The notes: generated by a model from the letters alone, not told the origin. 64,000 nt of DNA from Candidatus Omnitrophota bacterium (GCA_028870995.1 JAGWOI010000010.1:1775-65774), one strand, 5' to 3'; positions 10,784-20,553 are shown, counted from the first letter of the stretch. Numbers and translations are program-made.

Positions 10784-11653
10784 ATGGTCATTGACATTTA
10801 TAAAAACAAGGGAGAGTACCCGGAGCCTCGATTGCCGCAGATAGAACACAGCAACATCCTCAAAGGCCAAAAAGCCCTAGTCACCGGCGCTAATTCCGGT
10901 ATCGGCAAGTCCGTGGCCTTAGGCCTGGCCAAGGCCGGTGCCGATGTAGTGATCAACTATGTCGTTGATAACGACAACACCGTCGATCAAATGATCAAGG
11001 AAATGCAGGGTTACGGCGCTGAAGCCATGGGTTTTCAGGCGGATGTGTCTCAAGAGGACCAGGTCAAGCCGATGTTTGAGGCCATGTTCAAAAAGTTCGG
11101 CACTATCGATATCCTGGTCAATAATGCCGGCATCCAGCGGGACGCGCCCATCGATCAGATGACCCTGAGCCAATGGCAGCAGGTGATTGGTGTAAATTTG
11201 ACCGGGCAGTTTCTCTGCGCCCGCGAAGCGGTCAAGGAATTCAAAAGGCGGGGTGTAGTTGAAGCCGTTTCCTGCGCGGCCGGTAAAATCATTTGCATGA
11301 GTTCCGTGCATGAAGTCATCCCCTGGGCCGGGCATGTCAATTATGCCGCCTCCAAGGGAGGGATCATGCAGTTGATGAAAAGTATTGCCCAGGAGGTGGC
11401 GCCCTACCGTATCCGTGTCAACAGCATCGGGCCCGGTGCCATCAAGACACCCATTAATCACGCGGCTTGGGCGACGCCGGAGGCTGAGAAGGCGCTCTTG
11501 ACGCTCATCCCTTACCAGCGGGTGGGCGTTCCCGATGACATTGCCCGGGTGGCGGTGTGGCTGGCCTCCGACCTGGCTGATTACATCACCGGCACAACCA
11601 TCTTTGTGGATGGCGGCATGACTCTTTATCCCGGCTTTGCTACAGGAGGCTAA
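10784..11653 (+). CDS. Short-chain dehydrogenase/reductase (SDR, glucose-1-dehydrogenase-like)
   Basis: 'TGANSGIGKSVALGLAKAGADVV' Rossmann motif, 'NNAG', and catalytic 'S...YAASK'. Confidence 0.85.
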   Translation: MVIDIYKNKGEYPEPRLPQIEHSNILKGQKALVTGANSGIGKSVALGLAKAGADVVINYVVDNDNTVDQMIKEMQGYGAEAMGFQADVSQEDQVKPMFEAMFKKFGTIDILVNNAGIQRDAPIDQMTLSQWQQVIGVNLTGQFLCAREAVKEFKRRGVVEAVSCAAGKIICMSSVHEVIPWAGHVNYAASKGGIMQLMKSIAQEVAPYRIRVNSIGPGAIKTPINHAAWATPEAEKALLTLIPYQRVGVPDDIARVAVWLASDLADYITGTTIFVDGGMTLYPGFATGG

Positions 11654-13345
11654 TTGGCAACACTTTTGGTCTTTGCTTTTTTGGCCGGTTTTATCACGAT
11701 CCTGGCGCCGTGCATCTGGCCTTTGCTGCCCATCGTTTTTTCCGTTTCTTCCGGCGGGGGAAAGCGGAGGTCTTTAGGTCTAACCCTTGGCGTCATCGGC
11801 AGCTTTACTCTTTTCACGCTTTTTATTTCCTATATTATCAGGATATTTCCCGTCAATCCCAGTGCGTTGCGTCTCATTGCGGCGGTCGTCATTGCCTTGT
11901 TAGGGTTGTCCATGCTCGTCCCGCCGTTAGGGGCCAGGTTCGAGGCCTTTATCAACAGTTTATTGGGTCCTTGGCAGCGGCGTTTTAAAAAAGAAGGAAG
12001 TGGTTTTGGGGCGGGCTTGGTAACCGGTTTTTCCTTAGGCTTAGTCTGGGCGCCGTGCGCCGGTCCTATTTTAGCGACGATCGCCGCCTTGTCCGCCACT
12101 CAAGCCGTTAACGGCAGGGTGCTGGGGGTCACCCTGGCCTATGTGCTGGGGTTAAGCATACCTCTTTACATATTTTCCTCATTGAGTGCGGGCTGGTTTG
12201 GCAAGATGCGGGCCGTCAACAAATACACCGGCCTTATCCAACAAGTTTTCGGGGCGGTGGTGATCGTTGCCGCCATCCTGATCTACACCAACTACGCCCA
12301 ACTGCTGCAGGCCCGGGTGCTTGATCTTTTTCCAGGCTACAGCCGCTTTCTGGGCCAATTTGAAAACAATGCCCGCTTGCAGAAAGAATTGGACCGGTTG
12401 GCGGGACGTGAAAAGTCCGCCCATGAGAGCGGAGAAAAACTTTTGAACGACCTAGGCCCGGCGCCGGATTTTGCCGCCATCAGCCGGTGGCTTAATGTGC
12501 CGGCACCGTTGACCATGAAAGATCTGCGGGGCAAGGTTGTGCTCGTGGATTTCTGGACCTATAGCTGCATTAATTGTGTCCGTACCCTGCCGCATTTGAA
12601 GTCATGGTGGCAGCGGTATAAAAATGACGGCCTGGTGATCGTCGGGGTGCACACGCCGGAATTTGCCTTTGAGCGGGAAACCCAGAATGTCGCACGTGCC
12701 CTTAAGCAATTCGGGATCACGTATCCGGTGGCGCAGGACAATGATTATCGGACCTGGTCCAATTACCACAACCGCTATTGGCCGGCGGAGTACCTGATCG
12801 ATGCCAAGGGACACGTCCGTCGCGTCCATTTTGGGGAAGGGCATTATGATCAAACCGAGGAAGCGATCCGCGCCCTTTTAAAAGAAAGCGGCCGTACGGT
12901 TGGAGGTTCGCTTACATCCGTCAAGGACCGGACCCCGCGCTTTGACCGCACGCCCGAAACCTACCTGGGCAGCGGCCGCATGGCTCGTTTTGTGTCTCCC
13001 GAGGAAGTCCAGGCCGGCGCTCGTGTCTATAGCCTGCCGCCGGAGATCCCGCTCGATCATTTTGCCTATCAAGGGGTATGGGACGTGCAGGGACAATCCG
13101 CCGCGGCAGGTAGCGGTGCGGCCCTGGAGTTCAAGGTCAGGGCCCGCAAGATTTTCCTGGTGGCCGGTCCGGCCAAGGCTGGCAACAAAATCAAGGTGTT
13201 GGTGGACGGAAAGCCGCAGACTGATATAATTTTAGATAGCCAGCGCCTTTATGAAGTGACAGGTTTTAAAAATGTTTCAGAGCATCTGCTTCAGCTGGGA
13301 TTTCCTGATAAGGGGACAAAGGTCTATGCTTTTACTTTTGGTTAG
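11654..13345 (+). CDS. Thiol:disulfide oxidoreductase fusion (CcdA/DsbD-type TM domain + TlpA/ResA-like thioredoxin domain)
   Basis: Polytopic N-half with paired Cys (APCIWP ... WAPCAGP), as in the DsbD/CcdA fold. C-half 'WTYSCINCVRTLPHLKSWWQRY...VIVGVHTPEF' is the redoxin CxxC motif. TTG start with an AGGAGG RBS. Confidence 0.75.
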   Translation: MATLLVFAFLAGFITILAPCIWPLLPIVFSVSSGGGKRRSLGLTLGVIGSFTLFTLFISYIIRIFPVNPSALRLIAAVVIALLGLSMLVPPLGARFEAFINSLLGPWQRRFKKEGSGFGAGLVTGFSLGLVWAPCAGPILATIAALSATQAVNGRVLGVTLAYVLGLSIPLYIFSSLSAGWFGKMRAVNKYTGLIQQVFGAVVIVAAILIYTNYAQLLQARVLDLFPGYSRFLGQFENNARLQKELDRLAGREKSAHESGEKLLNDLGPAPDFAAISRWLNVPAPLTMKDLRGKVVLVDFWTYSCINCVRTLPHLKSWWQRYKNDGLVIVGVHTPEFAFERETQNVARALKQFGITYPVAQDNDYRTWSNYHNRYWPAEYLIDAKGHVRRVHFGEGHYDQTEEAIRALLKESGRTVGGSLTSVKDRTPRFDRTPETYLGSGRMARFVSPEEVQAGARVYSLPPEIPLDHFAYQGVWDVQGQSAAAGSGAALEFKVRARKIFLVAGPAKAGNKIKVLVDGKPQTDIILDSQRLYEVTGFKNVSEHLLQLGFPDKGTKVYAFTFG

Positions 13346-13346
13346 C

Positions 13347-13754
13347 ATGAAAAAATATCTGCCCTTATTTTTTATCCTGGCCGTTTTTAGCTTGAATGGC
13401 GGGGTTTTTGCCGATGAGACGGTTCAGGCAGACGGTTCCTTCATCGGCCGGGACCCCAAAACCATCAACAGCTCCTTCATGGGGGATGATTCCGCCAGTG
13501 TTGTTAATGCTTCATTTATGGGGGAGGATGTCAGCCAAAGCACAGACAGCCAATTTGTCGGCGCCAATACCAAGCTGTCAGGCCACAATTTCTTTTCCGG
13601 AGACAATTACCGCCAGGATGTCAAAAGCGGGTTGCAGACCCCTTTTGCCGAAGATCATACCAAGGTTCGCAGCGACGGTGCTTTTATAGGCGAGAACATC
13701 AAGCAAAAGACCGACGGTTCCTTTGTCGGCAGCGATTACGGTTACGGCCGGTAA
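13347..13754 (+). CDS. Small secreted repeat protein (signal peptide + ~13-aa 'xSFxGxD' repeats)
   Basis: Signal peptide 'MKKYLPLFFILAVFSLNGGVFA'. Repeated 'DGSFIGRD', 'SSFMGDD', 'ASFMGED', 'SQFVGAN', 'DGAFIGEN', 'DGSFVGSD'. Confidence 0.5.
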   Translation: MKKYLPLFFILAVFSLNGGVFADETVQADGSFIGRDPKTINSSFMGDDSASVVNASFMGEDVSQSTDSQFVGANTKLSGHNFFSGDNYRQDVKSGLQTPFAEDHTKVRSDGAFIGENIKQKTDGSFVGSDYGYGR

Positions 13755-15004
13755 ATCCTTTCCATCGTATCCGGATCAAAACGCAGCCCCCGCAACTGCG
13801 GCGCCAGCCATGCGGTCATGACGGTCACGCCTAAGGTGACGATGCCGCCCAAGGCCACACAAGGGATGGCGCCGATCGCCGCTGCCACCATCCCGCTTTC
13901 AAAAGCCCCCAGTTCATTCGAAGAGCAGATAAAAATCCAGCTCACCGCCGAAATGCGGCCGCGCATGTCGTCGGGCGACAAAAGCCTGACCATGGAGCGC
14001 CGGATCACCATGCTGACCCCGTCGAAAACCCCGCTCAAGGCCAGTGCGGCCAGAGACAGCAGAAAGTTCCTGGAGAAGCCGAAAATAAGCACGCTGACGC
14101 CGAAGCCGGCCACGGCTAAAAGCAGGTTGCGTCCGGCATGGGCAATGGGCGGATGCTTGGTGGCATAGAGCATCATGCTCAAGGCGCCCACCGAGGTGGC
14201 GGCGTTAAGCAGTCCCAGGCCCTGCGGTCCCACATGCAAAATGTCCGTGGCATAAATGGGCAGCAGGGCAATGACGCCCCCGAAAAGGACGGCGATCAGA
14301 TCCAGGGTCATGGCGCCCCACAACGGCTGCTGGCCCCAGACAAAGCGCCAGCCCATGGAAACGCTTTTGAAAAACGGCTCTTTTTCCTTGGGGATGGTCT
14401 GCGGTTTGGGGCCGACGGCCAGGGTTGAAAACCACGATAAAATGAAGAAGGCCGTGATCCATATGTAGCTTCCCACCGCTCCCCAGGCTGCGAAGACAAA
14501 GCCGATAATGGCCGGCCCTATAACGGAACAACTGACCCAGATGCTGCCGATCCAGGACGAAGCGTTGACCGTGATGGTTTTGGGCACGACCTGGGCCTCA
14601 AAAGCTGTCGTGGCCGGATCGGAAAACCCCCGTGCAATGCCTGCCAGGAAGATGACGCTGTAGAGGCCCGTCAACGAATGCGTGTAGGTTTGCCGGGAAA
14701 GCAGGGCCAGGGCCAGAGCGCAGAGGCAGGAGCAGGTCCTGGTCGTCATCAGGATTTTATGCCGTGAAAAATGGTCAGCCACATAACCGCCGATCAGGAC
14801 CAGGGAAAGGGCAGGGACAGCCTCAATCAAACCCAACCATCCCAGGGCCAGGGCGCTGTGGGTAAGCTTATACACCTGAAAGCCGATGACCACCGCCAGG
14901 GCGCGGCTGCCCAGGGTGAAAAATCCCACGGAGCCGATCCAGAAGCGGATATCGCGGTGCCGCAGGGCAGCGGCGAAATAGTTGGATGAAATTTTGCTTG
15001 GCAT
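13742..15004 (-). CDS. MFS transporter
   Basis: 12-TM hydrophobicity pattern and the typical MFS 'G..ADR.GRR' loop ('VADHFSRHKILM'). Start trimmed to the Met of 'MPSKISSNYF'. Confidence 0.75.
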   Translation of the reverse strand: MPSKISSNYFAAALRHRDIRFWIGSVGFFTLGSRALAVVIGFQVYKLTHSALALGWLGLIEAVPALSLVLIGGYVADHFSRHKILMTTRTCSCLCALALALLSRQTYTHSLTGLYSVIFLAGIARGFSDPATTAFEAQVVPKTITVNASSWIGSIWVSCSVIGPAIIGFVFAAWGAVGSYIWITAFFILSWFSTLAVGPKPQTIPKEKEPFFKSVSMGWRFVWGQQPLWGAMTLDLIAVLFGGVIALLPIYATDILHVGPQGLGLLNAATSVGALSMMLYATKHPPIAHAGRNLLLAVAGFGVSVLIFGFSRNFLLSLAALALSGVFDGVSMVIRRSMVRLLSPDDMRGRISAVSWIFICSSNELGAFESGMVAAAIGAIPCVALGGIVTLGVTVMTAWLAPQLRGLRFDPDTMERIYRP

Positions 15005-15033
15005 AACCTGTGGACGTGTTAGATTAAAAAACA

Positions 15034-16302
15034 ATGAACATTAAAACAGTTTTTCGCGCGCTGCGCCATCAAAATTACCGTCTTTTTTTCGCCGGGCAGA
15101 GCATTTCCCTCATTGGCACGTGGATGCAGCAGATCGCGGTCAGCTGGCTGGTCTACCGCATGACCAATTCGCCTTTTCTCCTCGGACTTGTTGGATTTTC
15201 AAGCCAGATCGCCACCTTCCTGCTGGCGCCGCTGGCCGGCGTCATCGCCGACCGTCATCACCGCCACCGTCTTTTATTGATCACCCAGTCGCTGGCCATG
15301 ACTCAGGCCGCCGTCCTTTATGTCGTTTTTGCCCTGCATTTGATCCAGGTCTGGCATATCATCCTTTTAAGTTTGTTTTTAGGGGCGGTGAACGCCTTTG
15401 ATATCCCCGTACGGCAGTCCTTTACCGTGGATATGCTCGATAACAAGGAGGATTTAAGCAATGCCATCGCACTTAATTCCTCCATGGTCAACGCGGCCCG
15501 TCTCATAGGGCCTTCCATCGGCGGTATTTTGATCTCCCTGTACGGTGAAGGGACTTGCTTTTTGATAAATGCCTTAAGTTACATCGCCGTGCTATTGTCA
15601 CTGGTGATGATGAAACTGCCGCGGCGGGAACGTTTAAACCGCCATGAGGCCTCTGTCGCCCGGCAGTTCGCGGAAGGCTTTGCCTACGCGTTTAATTTCA
15701 TACCGATCCGTGCCATCCTGATGCTTTTGTCCCTGGTCAGCATGGTGGCCGGCGGCCTGACTTCCCTGATGCCGGTCTTTGCGCGGGATATTTTTCACGG
15801 CGGGGCCAGGGCCTTGGGGCTGCTGATGGCGGCTTCAGGCATGGGGGCTTTGGCCGGCGCCATTTACCTGGCCGGCCGCAGGACCGTGCTGGGATTGGGA
15901 AGCAAGATCGCCGTCATGGCCACCCTGTTTGGCGTGGCGGTGGTTATTTTTTCCCGCGCTCCCGTTTTGGCGGTCGGCGCGCCCGTGCTTTTGTTGTGCG
16001 GGTTTGGTATGATGGTGCAAATGGCATCCAGCAATATCATGCTGCAGACCATGGTCGAGGAGGACAAGCGCGGCCGGGTCATGAGCTTTTACACCATGGC
16101 CTTCATGGGCCTGTCGCCTTTCGGCAGCTTATTGGCCGGATTTTGGGCGGCCAGGGTCGGCGGCGCCTTCACCTTATTGTTCGGCGGCGCTTTTTCCATT
16201 ATCGGTGCTGTTATGTTTGCCTTATACCTGCCCAAGATCAGGACTTTTGTGAGGCCGCTGTATGTTAAAAAAGGGATCATTGTAGAATCGGTCCAAGGAT
16301 AG
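15034..16302 (+). CDS. MFS transporter (EntS/enterobactin-exporter-like)
   Basis: 'FRALRHQNYRLFFAGQSISLIGTWMQQIAVSWLV', 'GVIADRHHRHRLL' MFS motif A, 12 TM. Confidence 0.8.
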   Translation: MNIKTVFRALRHQNYRLFFAGQSISLIGTWMQQIAVSWLVYRMTNSPFLLGLVGFSSQIATFLLAPLAGVIADRHHRHRLLLITQSLAMTQAAVLYVVFALHLIQVWHIILLSLFLGAVNAFDIPVRQSFTVDMLDNKEDLSNAIALNSSMVNAARLIGPSIGGILISLYGEGTCFLINALSYIAVLLSLVMMKLPRRERLNRHEASVARQFAEGFAYAFNFIPIRAILMLLSLVSMVAGGLTSLMPVFARDIFHGGARALGLLMAASGMGALAGAIYLAGRRTVLGLGSKIAVMATLFGVAVVIFSRAPVLAVGAPVLLLCGFGMMVQMASSNIMLQTMVEEDKRGRVMSFYTMAFMGLSPFGSLLAGFWAARVGGAFTLLFGGAFSIIGAVMFALYLPKIRTFVRPLYVKKGIIVESVQG

Positions 16303-16324
16303 ACGAAAAAGAAGGAGAGTGCAT

Positions 16325-16732
16325 ATGGTTAAAATGAGCGTGGTTTATGAAGGACAACTGCATTGCACCTTGACCCACGAACCTTCGGGCAGCATCATTC
16401 ATACGGACGCGCCTAAGGACAATCAGGGCCGCGGAGAGGCTTTTTCTCCGACGGACCTGGTGGCGGCGGCCCTGGGTTCCTGCATGCTGACGGTCATGGG
16501 CATTGTCGCGGGGCGGCACAATATTGACCTTAAAGGCAGTACGGTCGAGGTCAGCAAAGAAATGGTGGCCATGCCGGTGCGGCGTATCGGCAGCATCCAT
16601 GTGGTGATCCGCATGGCGCCCGGCATCCCTCAGGAGAAGCGCTCCATGCTGGAAGCGACGGCTCACAGCTGCCCCGTGCATAAAAGCCTGCATCCGGATG
16701 TGCAGATGCCGATTCAATTTATTTACCCTTGA
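16325..16732 (+). CDS. OsmC/Ohr-family peroxiredoxin-like protein
   Basis: 'FSPTDLVAAALGSCMLTVM' and 'EATAHSCPVHKSL' carry the two conserved Cys of OsmC. RBS GAAGGAGAG upstream. Confidence 0.8.
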   Translation: MVKMSVVYEGQLHCTLTHEPSGSIIHTDAPKDNQGRGEAFSPTDLVAAALGSCMLTVMGIVAGRHNIDLKGSTVEVSKEMVAMPVRRIGSIHVVIRMAPGIPQEKRSMLEATAHSCPVHKSLHPDVQMPIQFIYP

Positions 16733-16765
16733 AGCTTTCATCTTTGTGATAAAATAAAAAAAATT

Positions 16766-18139
16766 ATGAAGACTTTTTCCTTGGTTGTTTTTTTGTTGCT
16801 CTCCTCCTGTGGATGGGCCCAGGAGGCGGGAACAAGGGCCTATGAAATCAAGGCCCCCCAACCCGTTTATGAAGCGCCCGCCCTTGCCGGCCACATCCTG
16901 CGGGTCATGAAAACCGCCGGTTTCTGGATCGGCCGGCATCCTGCGCCGGACGCGGTGATCATGAGCCCCGATCGAATTGACCGATTCAACAGCTCCTTAC
17001 GCAATGATAAGAAATTGACCAAGGATATTTTCAGCCTGGTGGATAATTTAAAGACCGAATCATTGCTCGCTGATCTGGAAAAAACCCTTTCGGACATTTC
17101 CGCCAAGTACTACTACACCGCCTCGGGCGTCAAAGCCGATGCCGATTTTATGGACAGGGTCAGGCGCAATATGAATTTAAGCGGGGTGGTGATGGGCCAG
17201 GCCCCCCGTTACGGTCTGGTGGTGCATTTTGCAGCACAGCGTTCTTTGCCGACCCGGGAAGGGCTTTATGAAGAAAAGGGGGATGTTGATTTTGACCAGC
17301 TGCAAAACAGCGCGCTGGATGTGGGCACGCCGGTGGCTGTGGTCCATACTTCGGCCGACGGGCTTTGGTATTACGTAATGAGCGGCCTGAGCGACGGGTG
17401 GGTCGAAGCCAAGAATATCGCCCTGGGGGATGTCAATCAGGTCAAGGAATATGCCGGGGACAATGATTTTGTGGTTGTGATAAAACCTAAGGCCGATATT
17501 TTCCTTAATGAATCCATGACCTCCTTTTACGATTACGTCCGCATGGGAACGCGGCTGCCCCTTTCCGGTGTCGATGACGGCCGGGTGACGGTCAATGTGC
17601 CGGTCATGGACACGGACGGCAGCCTTGCGGTCAAGCAGGCCTACATGAATGCGGAGGATGTCAATACCGGATTTTTGCCTTTCACCGCCCGCAATATCTA
17701 TAAGCAGGCCTTGATGATGTTAAACCAGCCTTATGGCTGGGGCGACATGTACGGGGAGCAGGACTGTTCGCGGTTCGTGGAGATGGTTTTTGCCACCGTT
17801 GGGCTTAAGCTGCCCAGGGATTCCAAGGACCAGATGCAGGCCGGTCATGATATCGTTGATCTCGAAGATCAGGATGAGGACGCGAAGATGGCGGCCTTGG
17901 CCAAGGTTCCTTTTGCCGACACTCTTTTAGGGATGAAAGGACACATTATGCTGTATCTTGGCATGGTGGACGGCAAGCCTTATGCCATTCATGACACGAC
18001 CGGGTATATGAAAAGGGTGGACGGCCGCGAGGTCAAGTATGCTGTTGACCGGGTCATCATTTCGGATTTATCCTTAGGGGCGGACTCCCGCAAAGGGTCT
18101 TTATTAAAAAGGCTTACAAGGCTTGTGTCCCTTGACTAG
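16766..18139 (+). CDS. NlpC/P60 (C40) cell-wall peptidase with N-terminal SH3b domains (YkfC-like gamma-D-Glu-L-diamino acid endopeptidase)
   Basis: Signal peptide. 'LNQPYGWGDMYGEQDCSRFVEMVFATVGLKLPRDS' carries the catalytic Cys. 'HIMLYLGMVDGKPYAIHD' carries the His. Confidence 0.75.
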   Translation: MKTFSLVVFLLLSSCGWAQEAGTRAYEIKAPQPVYEAPALAGHILRVMKTAGFWIGRHPAPDAVIMSPDRIDRFNSSLRNDKKLTKDIFSLVDNLKTESLLADLEKTLSDISAKYYYTASGVKADADFMDRVRRNMNLSGVVMGQAPRYGLVVHFAAQRSLPTREGLYEEKGDVDFDQLQNSALDVGTPVAVVHTSADGLWYYVMSGLSDGWVEAKNIALGDVNQVKEYAGDNDFVVVIKPKADIFLNESMTSFYDYVRMGTRLPLSGVDDGRVTVNVPVMDTDGSLAVKQAYMNAEDVNTGFLPFTARNIYKQALMMLNQPYGWGDMYGEQDCSRFVEMVFATVGLKLPRDSKDQMQAGHDIVDLEDQDEDAKMAALAKVPFADTLLGMKGHIMLYLGMVDGKPYAIHDTTGYMKRVDGREVKYAVDRVIISDLSLGADSRKGSLLKRLTRLVSLD

Positions 18140-19205
18140 TCCCTTGCTCGTCGCTCGAACCTCCGTTAAAAAGCTCCGTGCCCCTTTGTCCCAGCCCTTC
18201 CGCGTGGCCAGCGGGCAGCACGATCAACTGGATAATCTCTTGTTCGTTCTTCATCTTAAAAAAGGCCTTAAAGGCTGCGGTGAGGCTGCCGTGGCCACCC
18301 ACATCACCGGTGAAACCCTTGTACAAACTTCAAAGAATTTAGAGCATGCCGGCGGCTGGCTAAAGGGCAGGACGATCGATGATTATCCGGCCATCTCCGC
18401 CCGGCTGCATGACCGGTTTCCTCACAACAAAAGCGCGGTGGCGGCCGTTGAAATGGCCGTCTTCGATGCCTTGACCCGTCATTTGAATATCCCTTTGTGG
18501 CGGCTCTGGAGTTCCAAACCGAAAACCCTGAGGGCCGACATCACCGTTGTCATCGCCGATCTTGAGGAGACCAAAGAAAAAACGCGCGCGTTTTATAAAA
18601 AAGGCTTCCGCGCCTTTAAGATCAAGATCGGCCGCGACATGGATCTCGATTTCAAGAGGGTTATGGCGGTCAACCGCCTCGCGCCCGGCTCACAAATGAT
18701 CCTTGATGCCAATCAGGGGTATTCGGCCCGGCAAACCCTGCAATTTTTGAAAGATTTGCAAAAAGCGGGGCTGGTGCCTGACTTGATCGAGCAGCCGGTG
18801 CCCAAGGCGGATTGGGAGGGTCTCCAAAAGGTCACCCGCGAAACCAAGGTATGCGTGTGTGCCGACGAATCGGCCTCGTCCCTGGCCGATGCCTTGCGCA
18901 TCATCAAGGCCAGGGCCGCGGGCGCTATTAATATCAAATTGATGAAAACCGGCATCGTGCACGCGGTGGAGATCAGCCGCCTGGCCCGTGCCGCCGGCAT
19001 CAAGCTTATGATCGGCGGCATGATGGAATCAAACCTGGCGATGACAGCGTCAGCCCATCTGGCCGCGGGTCTGGGGTGTTTTGATTTTATCGACCTGGAT
19101 ACGCCGTTTTTTATTAAAGGGGAAGTAGGCCGCAACCCGTATCTTTCAAGTAACGGGACCTACGATTTAAGCATGGTTAAAGCCGGAATCGGTATCGATC
19201 TGTGA
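18123..19205 (+). CDS. Dipeptide epimerase (MR/MLE enolase superfamily; L-Ala-D/L-Glu epimerase YkfB-like)
   Basis: 'KIKIGRDMDLDFKRVMAVNR', 'ILDANQGYS', 'LIEQPV', 'VCADES'. These match the metal-binding and KxK barrel motifs of MLE-subgroup enzymes. The start is uncertain (TTG candidates at 18123, 18132 and 18147). Confidence 0.7.
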   Translation: MCPLTSPLLVARTSVKKLRAPLSQPFRVASGQHDQLDNLLFVLHLKKGLKGCGEAAVATHITGETLVQTSKNLEHAGGWLKGRTIDDYPAISARLHDRFPHNKSAVAAVEMAVFDALTRHLNIPLWRLWSSKPKTLRADITVVIADLEETKEKTRAFYKKGFRAFKIKIGRDMDLDFKRVMAVNRLAPGSQMILDANQGYSARQTLQFLKDLQKAGLVPDLIEQPVPKADWEGLQKVTRETKVCVCADESASSLADALRIIKARAAGAINIKLMKTGIVHAVEISRLARAAGIKLMIGGMMESNLAMTASAHLAAGLGCFDFIDLDTPFFIKGEVGRNPYLSSNGTYDLSMVKAGIGIDL

Positions 19206-20362
19206 TCCATCATTATTTTCTTCTCGCCCTTATCCTTGCCGCTGTCGAATTCGGCGTTTTGTATTTGGCCGGCCATAAGCGCACGAAATTCCTTTTCAAA
19301 TTCCTGCCGGCGATGTTTTGGATCTATTTCCTGCCCATGGTGCTGTCCACCTGCGGGCTTATCGATCCTAAAAGCCACCTGTACGCCCAAATCACCAAAT
19401 ATCTTTTGCCGCCGGCATTGTTTTTGCTGCTTTTGGAGCTGGACATCAAATCCGTCTGGCGCCTGGGGCCAAGGTCGCTCGTCATGTTCTTTGCCGGCTC
19501 CTTCGGCATCATGCTGGGCATGGTCATCAGCTTTATTATCTTTAAACCGCTCGTAGGACCGCAGTTCTGGGCAGGGTTCGGTGCCTTGTCCGCCTCCTGG
19601 ACCGGCGGCAGCGCCAACATGATCGCGGTCAAAGAAGCGCTGAACACTCCTGATGCCGTTTTCTTGCCTATGGTCATTGTGGATACGGTGGTGCCTTATA
19701 CGTGGATGGGGATATTGGTGGCCCTGGCCGGCCGCCAAAAGGAGTTTGATGCATTTACCCGTGCCGACCGCCGGATCCTGGATGACCTTGCCCGGCGTAC
19801 TGAGGATTTTGCTCAAACCAAAAAACAGCCGGTACAATGGGTTAGGGCAGTTTTAATCATAGGTCTGGCCCTGCTCGTATCAAGGTTTTGCCAAATGTTT
19901 TCGCACATGCTGCCAGCTGTCCTTTCCCCCTATGCCTGGAGCATTATTCTGGTCTCCAGCGCCGCCATTGTGATGTCAACGACCCCTGTCAGGACCATTC
20001 CGCAAACCGGAGCGCATCAGTCAGGCAAATGGGTCCTGTATTTTGTGTTGACATCGATCGGCGCCCGGGCCAGCTTAAACCACGCGGCTATGGCCGGTGT
20101 CCTGATCGTGGCCGGGGCCCTGGTGATCATTATCCATTTGGCGGTATTGCTGGTCACGGCACGGCTGATCCGGGCGCCGTTGTTTTTGGTGGCCACGGCT
20201 TCCATGTCCAATATCGCGGGACTGGTTTCCGCTCCGGTGGTGGCGGAAATTTATCAGCCCGGCTTTGCCTGTGTGGGGCTGCTGCTGGCCATTCTAGGCC
20301 ACAGCCTTGGCGCCTATGAAGGGATATTTACCGGAAAAATCTGTCATTTATGGGTGCATTAG
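19202..20362 (+). CDS. Polytopic integral membrane protein (possible transporter, DUF819-like)
   Basis: ~10 predicted TM segments. ATGA overlap with the upstream epimerase gene. Confidence 0.45.
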   Translation: MIHHYFLLALILAAVEFGVLYLAGHKRTKFLFKFLPAMFWIYFLPMVLSTCGLIDPKSHLYAQITKYLLPPALFLLLLELDIKSVWRLGPRSLVMFFAGSFGIMLGMVISFIIFKPLVGPQFWAGFGALSASWTGGSANMIAVKEALNTPDAVFLPMVIVDTVVPYTWMGILVALAGRQKEFDAFTRADRRILDDLARRTEDFAQTKKQPVQWVRAVLIIGLALLVSRFCQMFSHMLPAVLSPYAWSIILVSSAAIVMSTTPVRTIPQTGAHQSGKWVLYFVLTSIGARASLNHAAMAGVLIVAGALVIIIHLAVLLVTARLIRAPLFLVATASMSNIAGLVSAPVVAEIYQPGFACVGLLLAILGHSLGAYEGIFTGKICHLWVH

Positions 20363-20553
20363 TATAAGTTTTATCTTTTAAATAAAGCATTGTCATGATA
20401 ATATTTATATACCCAAGAGCTATTATTGGGATTTTTTTATTGTCTGCTTAAGGCAGATATAAAAATTAGAGAAAGGCCGCTTTTCTAAAAAAAGTTAAGG
20501 TAGCGGCACTGTTCTAGAAGAAAAATTTATTAATCTAGAGGAAGGTAGGGTCT

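Noticed and set aside
10919-11461. 180-aa minus-strand ORF
   Set aside because: Antisense to the SDR gene, which has clear TGxxxGxG and YxxxK motifs.
16277-16939. 220-aa minus-strand ORF
   Set aside because: It lies antisense to the well-supported OsmC gene and the start of the NlpC/P60 gene. The composition is Gly/Arg/His-rich, as expected from reverse-frame translation of GC-rich coding sequence.
19160-19837. 225-aa minus-strand ORF
   Set aside because: Antisense to a strongly hydrophobic polytopic membrane protein gene. Its composition is charged and His-rich, not protein-like.
20363-20553. AT-rich intergenic region with small hairpins (TGTCTGC-TTAAG-GCAGATA)
   Set aside because: Too short and weak to call an sRNA or riboswitch. 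Likely the trxA promoter region. Not reported as a feature.
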